A stretch of DNA of 64,000 bases. Origin: Bacteroidota bacterium. GTDB taxonomy: Bacteria; Bacteroidota; Bacteroidia; Bacteroidales; ML635J-15. Each line of letters begins with the position of its first letter. Position 1 is the stretch's first letter. Made by a program: the position numbers and the translations under genes. The DNA lies in NCBI GenBank assembly GCA_029564465.1, contig JAKQPY010000056.1, positions 886 through 64,885 on the forward strand, read 5' to 3'. Below are positions 1 through 7,985 of this stretch, piece after piece. The notes beneath the pieces were generated by a model that was given only the letters and a program-made list of their open reading frames with translations, was not told the DNA's origin and ran no database searches.

Positions 1-2368
1 CAGCAGTTTTGGCCATGTTGTTTCCAAGCAGACAGGCACGGGGTATTTCGATCATGGTTCCGTAGAGACATTTGATTTCTTTACCAAATTTTGCTTCCAC
101 TTCGGCCTTCACGCGGTCGAAAATCACCTTGCTCACGTTTAGCTCGTTTACATCGCAGGTAACGGGCACCATGATTTCGGGTATGGGGTTTTTACCTTCG
201 GCAACCAGTTCAGCGGCAGCTTCGAACAGAGCGCGGAACTGCATTTCGCTGATGGCAGGATAGGTGATGCCCAGACGTACACCACGGTGACCCATCATGG
301 GGTTGGTTTCGTGGAGGTTGTGCACGCGCTTGGCTACTTCTTCCTGACTCAGACCCAATGCCTTGCCAATTTCGGCTTGTTTGTCGGGGGTTTGCGGTGC
401 AAACTCATGCAGCGGCGGGTCGAGCAAACGGAAGGTCACGGGCAGGTTGTTCATCACAGCCATAGTGCCTTTCATGTCGCGTTTTACGAATGGAAACAAC
501 TCGTCGATGGCTTTCTGGCGTTCTTCTTTGGTGGAACTGAGAATCATTTTACGCAATACGAAGAGCGGCTCGTCGGCTCCTTTGCCATAAAACATGTGCT
601 CGGTACGGAACAGTCCAATCCCTTCGGCGCCAAAATCGCGGGCGGTCTGGGCATCTTCAGGGGTATCGGCATTGGTGCGTACGCCCATTTTACGGTATGA
701 ATCAACAATTTTCATGAAGTCCTGGAAGCGCGGGTTTTCGCTGGCATCCATCAGTTCGATGCTACCGGTGTACACGTGGCCTTTTGTTCCGTTCAGGGTG
801 ATGATGTCACCTTCTTTAATAACGACATTGCTGCCTTTCACAGTAGCCGTTTTTGTATTTTCGTTCACATCGAGGGTGCCGGCACCAACGATGCAGCATT
901 TTCCCCAGCCGCGTGCCACGAGTGCAGCGTGTGAGGTCATCCCGCCAAGGGCAGTGAGAATACCATCCGAAACGCGCATACCATCCACATCTTCAGGGTT
1001 GGTTTCTTTGCGCACGAGGATTACTTTTTCGCCTTTGCGTGTCCATGCTACGGCGTCTTCGGCCGAGAAAACAGCCTTACCAACGGCAGCACCGGGGCCT
1101 GCGGGCAAACCTTTTACTATCGGAGTGGCTTTCTTTTCGTGTTCGGGGTTGCAGATAGGGTGCAAGAGTTCGTCGAGCTGAGCGGGATCAACACGCATTA
1201 CAACGGTTTTGTCGTTGATAAGCCCTTCGTGAAGCATATCCATGGCCATGTTGAGGGCAGCGGTTCCGGTGCGTTTACCCACGCGGCACTGCAGCATATA
1301 CAGCTTTCCTTCCTGAATGGTGAACTCAATATCGAGCATATCGGTGAAGGTTTTTTCGAGGATATCGCGTATGTCGCAAAGCTCTTTGTAGGTGCCGGGC
1401 ATAAGTTCCTGCATCGAAGCCAGATGCTTGTTCTGCTCGTTTTTGGTGTCGTTGTTCAGGGGGCTCGGGGTACGGATTCCGGCTACTACATCTTCGCCCT
1501 GAGCGTTGATGAGCCATTCGCCGTAGAAAATGTTATCACCGGTGGCCGGGTTACGGGTGAAGGCAACTCCGGTAGCCGATGAATCGCCCATGTTGCCATA
1601 GACCATAGCCTGAACGTTTACTGCAGTACCCCAGTCGTCGGGAATACCTTCGATGCGGCGATACGAAACTGCTTTTTTCCCGTTCCAGCTTTTGAATACG
1701 GCCATAATACCGCCTTCGAGCTGTTTGCGTGCATCGTCGGGGAATTCGCTGCCGAGCACTTCCTTAACTTTGTTCTTAAATTCCTCGGCAAGATATTTTA
1801 AATCATCGGCAGTTAGGTCGGTATCCGATGCAAAGTGTTTCTGGTGTTTATATTCGTCAAGCATTTCGTCGAGCTGGCGGCGGATGCCTTTGTCGAGACC
1901 TTCGGCTTTATCCATAACCACATCGGCATACATCATAATAAGGCGACGGTAGCTATCGTAAACAAAGCGGGGGTTGTTGGTTTTTTTGATTAATCCGGGG
2001 ATGGTAGCCGAACATAATCCTACGTTGAGTACGGTGTCCATCATGCCGGGCATCGAACTGCGGGCGCCCGAACGACACGAAATCAAAAGCGGATTTTCGC
2101 TGTCGCCATATTTCATACCCATGTATTCTTCCACTTTTTTCATGCCGTTCCATACCTCGTCCATAAGACCCTGCGGAAGGCGGCAGTTGTTTTCGTAATA
2201 TTCGGTGCAGGTTTCGGTTGTGATGGTTAAACCGGCAGGTACCGGAAGACCAAGCAAACACATTTCGGCCAGATTGGCCCCTTTTCCACCAAGCAGGTTT
2301 TTCATGCTGGAGTTACCATCGGCCTGCTTGTTTCCAAAAATGTAAACACGTTTTTTTTCTGTTGTCAT
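1..2368 (-). CDS. ppdK: Pyruvate, phosphate dikinase, N-terminal ~789 aa (C-terminus lies beyond the window start)
   Basis: Missing from the ORF track because there is no in-window stop. My reverse-strand translation from the ATG at 2368-2366 reads MTTEKKRVYIFGNKQADGNSSMKNLLGGKGANLAEMCLLGLPVPAG... It contains the phospho-His swivel motif GGMTSHAALVARGWGK and the PEP-utiliser motif GIGLFRTEHMF. The frame stays open to base 1. Plus-strand ORFs 72-2261 are its shadows. Confidence 0.93.
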   Translation of the reverse strand, partial: MTTEKKRVYIFGNKQADGNSSMKNLLGGKGANLAEMCLLGLPVPAGLTITTETCTEYYENNCRLPQGLMDEVWNGMKKVEEYMGMKYGDSENPLLISCRSGARSSMPGMMDTVLNVGLCSATIPGLIKKTNNPRFVYDSYRRLIMMYADVVMDKAEGLDKGIRRQLDEMLDEYKHQKHFASDTDLTADDLKYLAEEFKNKVKEVLGSEFPDDARKQLEGGIMAVFKSWNGKKAVSYRRIEGIPDDWGTAVNVQAMVYGNMGDSSATGVAFTRNPATGDNIFYGEWLINAQGEDVVAGIRTPSPLNNDTKNEQNKHLASMQELMPGTYKELCDIRDILEKTFTDMLDIEFTIQEGKLYMLQCRVGKRTGTAALNMAMDMLHEGLINDKTVVMRVDPAQLDELLHPICNPEHEKKATPIVKGLPAGPGAAVGKAVFSAEDAVAWTRKGEKVILVRKETNPEDVDGMRVSDGILTALGGMTSHAALVARGWGKCCIVGAGTLDVNENTKTATVKGSNVVIKEGDIITLNGTKGHVYTGSIELMDASENPRFQDFMKIVDSYRKMGVRTNADTPEDAQTARDFGAEGIGLFRTEHMFYGKGADEPLFVLRKMILSSTKEERQKAIDELFPFVKRDMKGTMAVMNNLPVTFRLLDPPLHEFAPQTPDKQAEIGKALGLSQEEVAKRVHNLHETNPMMGHRGVRLGITYPAISEMQFRALFEAAAELVAEGKNPIPEIMVPVTCDVNELNVSKVIFDRVKAEVEAKFGKEIKCLYGTMIEIPRACLLGNNMAKTA

Positions 2369-2440
2369 CGCTATAAGAGTTTATTAGTAAACAGTTTCGC
2401 TGCTGCACCGAAAATATTTTGTTTTCGGCAAAGCAGTCGC

Positions 2441-2448
2441 AAAAATAA
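2441..2448 (-). promoter_or_regulatory. Bacteroidetes-type -7 promoter motif (TATTTTTG on minus strand) upstream of ppdK
   Basis: Plus-strand CAAAAATA is the reverse complement of TATTTTTG and matches the established Bacteroidetes sigma-A -7 consensus TAnnTTTG. It lies 73 nt upstream of the ppdK ATG. Confidence 0.4.
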
Positions 2449-2748
2449 TTGAAAATTAGTGTATTCGCACTATTTTTTTTAGGAAAATTGAAGAAATCAG
2501 CAGCAATAAAGTATTGATTCAGGCTTTTGGTAGGAGAGGGGATTAAAATGGCCTGGCTTATTCCGGGTTCGAAGATGGGGGGCTCGCGAAGAGATGCAGA
2601 CGCATCCCAAATCCCGCCTTCGTTGCAGCGCCGTCGCATGTGTCTCAGTATTTGCAATTCTCATCAAAATATAAATTCCTTCAAAATTTGCCATTTGCAC
2701 GAGTTAAATTGAGCTGATTCCGGAGTCTAAGACACTTAGTGTCGAAAT

Positions 2749-3192
2749 GTCAATACCGTTCGCACGAGTTTACATTGAGCTTGCGGAAATGTCAATGCCG
2801 TTCGCACCGTCGTCAATGCCGTTCGCACCATCGTCAATGCCTTTCGCACGTCTGTCAATGTCGTTCGCACCGTCGTCAATGCTGTTCGCACGCTCGTCAA
2901 TGCCGTTCGCACATCTGTCAATGTCGTTCGCACCGTCGTCAATGCTGTTCGCACGCTCGTCAATGCCGTTCGCACGTCTGTCAATGCCGTTCGCACGCTC
3001 GTCAATGTCGTTCGCACGTCTGTCAATGTCGTTCGCACCGTCGTCAATGCCGTTCGCACGCTCGTCAATGCCGTTCGCACGCTCGTCAATGCCGTTCGCA
3101 CGTCTGTCAATGCCGTTCGCACGTCTGTCAATGCCGTTTGCACGCACCTCCGAACCGTTTGCACGCACCTCCGAACCGTTCGCACGCACCTC
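2749..3192. repeat. Tandem array of a 21-bp unit (core GTCAATGYYKTTCGCAC plus a 4-nt linker), about 20 copies
   Basis: Direct reading gives 16 contiguous canonical units at exact 21-bp spacing (2791-3126). A degenerate leading unit sits at 2749-2769. The trailing variants are one 24-bp GTCAATG-type unit (3127-3150) and two 21-bp CGAACCGTTYGCACGCACCTC units (3151-3192). Units 4-6 (2854-2916) and 7-9 (2917-2979) differ by one base, which shows a 63-bp higher-order duplication. Confidence 0.95.
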
Positions 3193-3198
3193 TCGTAG

Positions 3199-3242
3199 AG
3201 ACGCGATTTATCGCGTCTGCATAATCGCGTCTGCATAATCGC
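3199..3242. repeat. Palindrome AGACGCGAT-TT-ATCGCGTCT followed by a direct 14-bp duplication (ATCGCGTCTGCATA x2 plus a partial copy)
   Basis: Read directly. The 9-bp inverted arms span 3199-3218. The 14-mer occurs at 3210-3223 and 3224-3237, followed by ATCGC at 3238-3242. This lies immediately 3' of the 21-bp array. Confidence 0.85.
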
Positions 3243-3374
3243 TTTTCATTCATTGCATCTCCTTCTACCATTTACAAACAGCATGCAGCAAGCGTCCTCA
3301 TTTGCGGTAAGGTTTTACATATAGATGCAACGCGAAAACTGTCCTTCGTCATGGTTTAGTTTGTGATTAATTTT

Positions 3375-3382
3375 TAATTTTG
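3375..3382 (+). promoter_or_regulatory. -7 promoter motif TAATTTTG upstream of gcvT
   Basis: Matches TAnnTTTG and lies 38 nt upstream of the ATG at 3420 in AT-rich sequence. Confidence 0.45.
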
Positions 3383-3419
3383 TGCTGATAAAATTCTTCA
3401 ATACTTTAAAAAACTGATA

Positions 3420-4541
3420 ATGAAACGTACTGCATTTACACATTTCCACGAAGCATTGGGCGCCAAAATGTCGCCGTTCTGTGGCTTTAACATGCCGATT
3501 GAATACACCGGCATTAACGATGAACATTTAACCTGCCGCGAAAAACTCGGTGTTTTCGATGTGTCGCACATGGGCGAATTTTGGGTTAAAGGGCCGAAAG
3601 CCGCTGCTTTTATTCAGCGTGTAACTTCCAACGATGTGTATGCACTCGTTGATGGTAAAGTGCAGTATAGTTGTTTCCCAAACGAACAGGGTGGTATTAT
3701 CGACGACCTGTTGGTGTACCGTTTTAAAGCCGACAGTTTTTTGCTCGTGGTGAATGCTGCCAATGTTGATAAAGACTGGGCATGGTGCGAAAAAATCGGC
3801 CGTCAGATGGGTCTTACCATTGGCGATGAACTCAAGAATATCAGCGAAGATATTTGTCAGTTGGCCGTTCAGGGACCCTATGCGCTGAAAGCCATGCAAA
3901 AACTCACCGGGGCTAATGTTATCGATATGGAATATTACACGGTTCAGACCTGCGAGTTTGCCGGTATCGACGAGGTGATATTTGCCACTACCGGTTATAC
4001 CGGAGCCGGCGGATGCGAAATTTATGCTTATAATAAAGACGCCGACAAACTTTGGAAAGCCGTGATGGAAGCCGGTGCTGAATTTGGTATTAAGCCCATT
4101 GGTCTTGGCGCACGCGATACACTCCGCCTCGAAATGGGTTTTGCACTCTATGGCAACGATATTAACGACAGCACTTCGCCCATTGAAGCCGGTCTGGGAT
4201 GGATTACCAAGTTTGTTGATGGCAACGATTTTACGATGCGCGCCTATCACGAAAAGCTGAAAAACGAAGGAACCAGCAAGCGCCTTTGTGGTTTCGAAAT
4301 GATCGACCGTGGAATTCCGCGTCAGCACTATAATGTGGTTGATGCTCAGGGTAACCTGATTGGCGAAGTTACTTCGGGAACCATGTCGCCGATGATGAAA
4401 ATAGGTATTGGAATGGCCTATCTGAACAAGGGGTTCTGGAAAGAAGGAACCGAGATATTTATTGATATCAGGGGTAAACACCTCAAGGCTAAGGTGGTGA
4501 AAATGCCCATGTTCAAGGGACAGATTCCTGCAGTGAAATAA
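3420..4541 (+). CDS. gcvT: Glycine cleavage system aminomethyltransferase (T protein)
   Basis: 373 aa. Contains [42 protein letters not shown] and [13 protein letters not shown], which are typical of the GcvT family. The antisense 353-aa ORF is a shadow. Confidence 0.93.
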   Translation: MKRTAFTHFHEALGAKMSPFCGFNMPIEYTGINDEHLTCREKLGVFDVSHMGEFWVKGPKAAAFIQRVTSNDVYALVDGKVQYSCFPNEQGGIIDDLLVYRFKADSFLLVVNAANVDKDWAWCEKIGRQMGLTIGDELKNISEDICQLAVQGPYALKAMQKLTGANVIDMEYYTVQTCEFAGIDEVIFATTGYTGAGGCEIYAYNKDADKLWKAVMEAGAEFGIKPIGLGARDTLRLEMGFALYGNDINDSTSPIEAGLGWITKFVDGNDFTMRAYHEKLKNEGTSKRLCGFEMIDRGIPRQHYNVVDAQGNLIGEVTSGTMSPMMKIGIGMAYLNKGFWKEGTEIFIDIRGKHLKAKVVKMPMFKGQIPAVK

Positions 4542-4564
4542 TTTTAGGCACCCCCATAGTGCAG

Positions 4565-4600
4565 GGCCATTGTCAGCGTTGTGCGGCAATGGCCTTTTTT
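4565..4600 (+). terminator. Rho-independent terminator after gcvT
   Basis: Stem GGCCATTG (4565-4572) pairs with CAATGGCC (4587-4594) around a 14-nt loop, followed by TTTTTT (4595-4600). Confidence 0.75.
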
Positions 4601-4602
4601 AG

Positions 4603-4610
4603 TATTTTTG
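4603..4610 (+). promoter_or_regulatory. -7 promoter motif TATTTTTG upstream of the ttcA-like gene
   Basis: Matches TAnnTTTG and lies 14 nt upstream of the ATG at 4624. Confidence 0.4.
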
Positions 4611-4623
4611 CGAAAATCAAGGA

Positions 4624-5421
4624 ATGACAACACCGTTGAACCATAGTGCCGGAAGCCGCAAATTATATGCAAGTGTGCATTCGGCTATTACGCAATTTGG
4701 TCTTGTTGCAAGTGGCGACCATATCCTGGTGGCTGTGTCGGGTGGCACCGATTCGCTATTGATGCTTGAAGCGCTTTGGCGCTACCGGAACAACCTGCGC
4801 GACGATTTTCGCATGACTGCTGTGCACATTGTAGCCGAAGGTGTTGATTATAGTATCGACCGCAATGCCCTGACGCAGTTTTGCACCGACCGCGGGGTTG
4901 AGCTGCTGTTTCGTGGTTTCGAATTTGTGAAAACCGAAAAATCGTTGAAGTCAACGTGTTTCTACTGTTCGTGGCACAGGCGGAAACAATTGTATGCCTT
5001 AAGCCGTGAGCTGAGCTGCAACAGGCTTGCCCTGGGTCATCATGCCGACGACGCCCTCGAAACCCTGATGCTGAATATGTGTCGTCACAAGAGCATCAGT
5101 TCATTGCCGGCTTTGCTGCCGATGTTTTCCGGCCGGCTTAGTGTGATTCGTCCCTTGATTTTGTTGTATAAACAGGAGCTTACCGAAATAGCTGAAACAC
5201 TGCAGTTGCAGGCTATGGTTACTCGCTGCAGTTTTGCCGATGATACCAATCGCCATAAAGCCAAAAGCCTGATTGATGAAGCAGAGAGGTTGTTTCCGGG
5301 TGCAAGAGCCCGGATGTTTGCTTCGTTGTCGTCGGTACACGAGAAATACCTGCCATGTAAGCTGGGTGAGTCTCCGATTGTGTCGGGTCTCAACGAAATT
5401 CACCCCGGAAATGGGGATTAA
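4624..5421 (+). CDS. PP-loop ATPase, TtcA-family tRNA 2-thiocytidine biosynthesis protein
   Basis: 265 aa. Has the PP-loop SGGxDS (VAVSGGTDSLLML) and the CxxC motif CFYCSWHRRKQLY, with the length and layout of TtcA-like tRNA thiolases. Confidence 0.7.
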   Translation: MTTPLNHSAGSRKLYASVHSAITQFGLVASGDHILVAVSGGTDSLLMLEALWRYRNNLRDDFRMTAVHIVAEGVDYSIDRNALTQFCTDRGVELLFRGFEFVKTEKSLKSTCFYCSWHRRKQLYALSRELSCNRLALGHHADDALETLMLNMCRHKSISSLPALLPMFSGRLSVIRPLILLYKQELTEIAETLQLQAMVTRCSFADDTNRHKAKSLIDEAERLFPGARARMFASLSSVHEKYLPCKLGESPIVSGLNEIHPGNGD

Positions 5422-5738
5422 TCGTTGGTATAGGTCATTCTTTCTCTAAGTTTTACTTGATATTCGGCAGTTTACCGGTTGCCAAGCCGGTCGCCGAGCG
5501 GAGTCGAGATGCCCGGCTTGGTGTTCGGCCCGGCTCCGTCCTCCACCCTTCATTGAATTTGAGAAACGAAAATGAAACCACCCGTCATTGCGAATTTGAG
5601 GAACGAAAATGAAGCAATCTGTATTCGACGGGTGGTATTAAAAATGACAACATAGTTTCGGTATGTCACACCGGGCACCTCGGCTCCGCTCGGCGACCGG
5701 CTTGGCAGCTATCGTGATTGAGCCGGGGATTAATCGTT
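5413..5738. mobile_element. Putative MITE-like structured insertion (about 298 bp) flanked by a 14-bp direct duplication GGGGATTAATCGTT
   Basis: The same 14-mer occurs at 5413-5426 and 5725-5738, and each copy carries one gene's stop codon. The interior has 28-bp inverted arms (5481-5508 vs 5678-5706, one mismatch). It also has an inner 10-bp inverted repeat (5577-5586 vs 5627-5636) and a ~27-bp direct repeat (5551-5577 vs 5586-5614). No ORF is present. Confidence 0.5.
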
Positions 5739-6371
5739 TAGGTAGGGGTTGTGTGCTTTTTCGTTTCCTATGGTGCTCGACTCCATGTGTCCGGGCAATA
5801 CTTGTGTATTTTCGGGCAACACGAGCAATTTTGAAGTGATGCTTTCGATAAGGCTGTGGTAATTGCCTTTGGGTAAATCGGTGCGGCCTATGCTTCCGGC
5901 AAACAAAGCGTCGCCGGTGATTACAAATTGTCCGGCTTCAGAATACAGGGCGACACTTCCCGGAGAATGCCCTGGTACGTGTAGAACCTGCAATTCGGAG
6001 TTCCCGAACCGGAACACTTCAATGTCGTCGAGTCTGTGGTCGGGCGGTGCGGGTTGCTGCATTTCGAAACCGTACATGCGGGCATGTATCAGCGAGGTCT
6101 GAACCAGAAAATTGTCTGCCGTGTGCATCCATACAGGAATATTGTAGTGCACCGATAAAAAATTGTTACCGCAGATATGGTCAAGGTGCCCGTGTGTATT
6201 AATTATGGCCACCGGTTTTATGCCCTGTTGACCGATAAATTCAATAACCAGTTTTTCTTCCTGCCGACTGTTGCACGCAACATCAACCAAAATAGCTTCG
6301 AGCGTTTCGTCGTAAACAATATATCCGTTTACACCAAAGGGGTTCAGTGTGATAACCTGTACCTGTATCAT
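5730..6371 (-). CDS. MBL-fold metallo-hydrolase (glyoxalase II-like)
   Basis: 213 aa. Has the zinc motif HGHLDH (THGHLDHICG), followed by VPGHSPGS and GDALFAGSIGRTD. Confidence 0.85.
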   Translation of the reverse strand: MIQVQVITLNPFGVNGYIVYDETLEAILVDVACNSRQEEKLVIEFIGQQGIKPVAIINTHGHLDHICGNNFLSVHYNIPVWMHTADNFLVQTSLIHARMYGFEMQQPAPPDHRLDDIEVFRFGNSELQVLHVPGHSPGSVALYSEAGQFVITGDALFAGSIGRTDLPKGNYHSLIESITSKLLVLPENTQVLPGHMESSTIGNEKAHNPYLND

Positions 6372-7268
6372 TTATTTATGTGCTGGGTTTGCTTCAATGT
6401 CTTCTTTGCGGTGCTTCCAACGGCGGTGACTCCATAACCAGTGTTCGGGTCTGGTGATTATATCTTTTTCGAGTCGCTGCATATAGAGCGAAGTAATTTC
6501 GCCGAAAGCGGTTTCGGATGGGTTTTCGTGCAGGAGTTCCAGGTTTAGGGAATAATAACCCCGTTTGATTTTTTTTACGGCAAAATAAATCAGGGGTGCG
6601 TTCATTTTTTTTGCATAGGCTTCGGGTCCGTGCAGGCAGGCGGTTTCTTTTCCAAGAAATTGGGTCCAGATAAGCTTGTCAACATTCGAAGGGCTTTGGT
6701 CAGCAGCGAGAATTATGGCCAGGGGTTTTTCGTGATGCTGCGAAAAATATTCGCGTGTGTTGTTTACTGCAAGCATTTTCATTCCGAACCGTGCACGGAT
6801 TCGTGTACCAAAGTCTTCCATATACGGATTGCTGAGCTTCATATAGATTGACACAGCCTGATGGCTGAGTGCGGGTCCCAGTGCCAGAATGCCATATTCC
6901 CAGTTGTTGTAATGGCTTGCCAGACATATCACCGGTTTGTTTTGCTCAAAGTAGGGTAGGGTAATTTCGGGGTTTAGCACCGTATATCGTTTTTTTAGTT
7001 GCTTTTTACTCAGGCTGAACCCTTTGATGGTTTCGATACTGATATCGCAGAGATGCCGGAAAAACCTGCGCCTGATACGTCTGATTTCGGAATCTTCCTT
7101 ATCGGGAAACGACGATTTCAGGTTTTCGTAAACAACTTTCTTTCGGTAACCAATCAGAAAAAAAACGATCAGATAGCTTATGTCGGATATTACATATAAA
7201 ATAAAGAACGGAGTGATTGCAAACCAGGCTATCAGAAAACGAAATATGTAATACACAAAGCGGTTCAT
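6372..7268 (-). CDS. Lipid A biosynthesis / lysophospholipid acyltransferase (LpxL/HtrB family)
   Basis: 298 aa with an N-terminal TM segment. Contains YRKKVVYENLKSSFP, the acyltransferase motif ASHYNNWEYG (H-x-x-NWE) and the C-terminal HWLWSHRRWKH. Confidence 0.8.
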   Translation of the reverse strand: MNRFVYYIFRFLIAWFAITPFFILYVISDISYLIVFFLIGYRKKVVYENLKSSFPDKEDSEIRRIRRRFFRHLCDISIETIKGFSLSKKQLKKRYTVLNPEITLPYFEQNKPVICLASHYNNWEYGILALGPALSHQAVSIYMKLSNPYMEDFGTRIRARFGMKMLAVNNTREYFSQHHEKPLAIILAADQSPSNVDKLIWTQFLGKETACLHGPEAYAKKMNAPLIYFAVKKIKRGYYSLNLELLHENPSETAFGEITSLYMQRLEKDIITRPEHWLWSHRRWKHRKEDIEANPAHK

Positions 7269-7280
7269 GCGGCAAAGATA

Positions 7281-7985
7281 CTAATTCAGCGAATACACTT
7301 TATATGTTATCGGAATGCCCCATTTGATGCCCAGATTTACCGACCACGAATTGATTTTGAGCTTATCGCCATAGATGGTTTCTTGGGCGAAAACCTTTGT
7401 CATACCTGCGAGATAACGGTATTCGGCATATAAACAAATGTTGGGTTTTATGCGGTATTCCAGTCCACCCTGCGCAAAAACCGAAAACCCAGTTTTTTTG
7501 TATGTCCCATCGTCATATCTGTTGATGTTGTATGGATCGACAGCAATGCCATTGCGTGTTTCGGGCAGCCGGGCGTATTGACGTGCCGAAATCAGAAATG
7601 CAGCTTCGATACCAACACCGAGGTATGGGTTGAATTTTCGTCCAAGATTGAGGTTTGCCGATATGGGGATGGTAAAGTAGTTAAGTGCGGTCGTGATGGT
7701 GGTGTCAAAGGGATTTCCGAGAATATCACTGCACTGACCCTCGAACCGGTATCCGTATTGGGCAAGCCCGAAGCCGGCGCGGATACTGAACTCTCGGGTG
7801 GGCTGATATTCGACAAATAAACCGAAACCCGGGGCGATACGGTTCTGATCGATGGTGAAATTTCGCAAACTGCTGAAACTTAAACCACCCGAGAATGCTA
7901 CATATACGGTGGTGTCGGACCTGCGATCCCATGCCTGACTTATGAGGGGAGCCAGACAAAACACGATGAGGATAAGTTTTTTCAT
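7281..7985 (-). CDS. Outer-membrane beta-barrel (porin-family) protein
   Basis: 234 aa with signal peptide MKKLILIVFCLAPLISQA. The sequence is Gly/aromatic-rich with alternating strands throughout. No specific family was recognised. Confidence 0.55.
   Translation of the reverse strand: MKKLILIVFCLAPLISQAWDRRSDTTVYVAFSGGLSFSSLRNFTIDQNRIAPGFGLFVEYQPTREFSIRAGFGLAQYGYRFEGQCSDILGNPFDTTITTALNYFTIPISANLNLGRKFNPYLGVGIEAAFLISARQYARLPETRNGIAVDPYNINRYDDGTYKKTGFSVFAQGGLEYRIKPNICLYAEYRYLAGMTKVFAQETIYGDKLKINSWSVNLGIKWGIPITYKVYSLN

Noticed and set aside
72-2261. Many plus-strand ORFs (63-195 aa) at the start of the window
   Set aside because: All lie antisense or out of frame within one continuous minus-strand reading frame that translates as pyruvate phosphate dikinase. 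Their sequences are low-complexity (Ser/Pro/Arg-rich), typical of shadow ORFs.
2749-3192. Could the 21-bp array be a CRISPR array?
   Set aside because: The units are directly contiguous with no unique spacers. The unit is shorter than known CRISPR repeats, and there are no cas genes in the window.
2736-3238. Four overlapping ORFs (139-166 aa, two per strand) through the 21-bp array, including heptad-like VRTALTD and MPFAPSS repeat proteins
   Set aside because: A 21-bp unit with no stop codon in four frames automatically produces open frames. None has a signal peptide, a plausible N-terminus or a promoter motif, and one begins inside the flanking palindrome. I treat them as artefacts, with the residual uncertainty noted in the array finding.
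2500-3419. Glycine riboswitch expected upstream of gcvT
   Set aside because: I looked for the conserved GGAGAG...CACCGAAGGGGCAA-type cores on the gcvT strand between the array and the ATG and did not see them. The GGAGAGGGG at about 2533 lacks the partner ACCGAAGG element. A covariance-model scan (Rfam glycine) would be the decisive check.
3528-4589. 353-aa minus-strand ORF
   Set aside because: It is exactly antisense to gcvT, which has unambiguous family motifs. There is no independent start or promoter context, so it is a shadow ORF.
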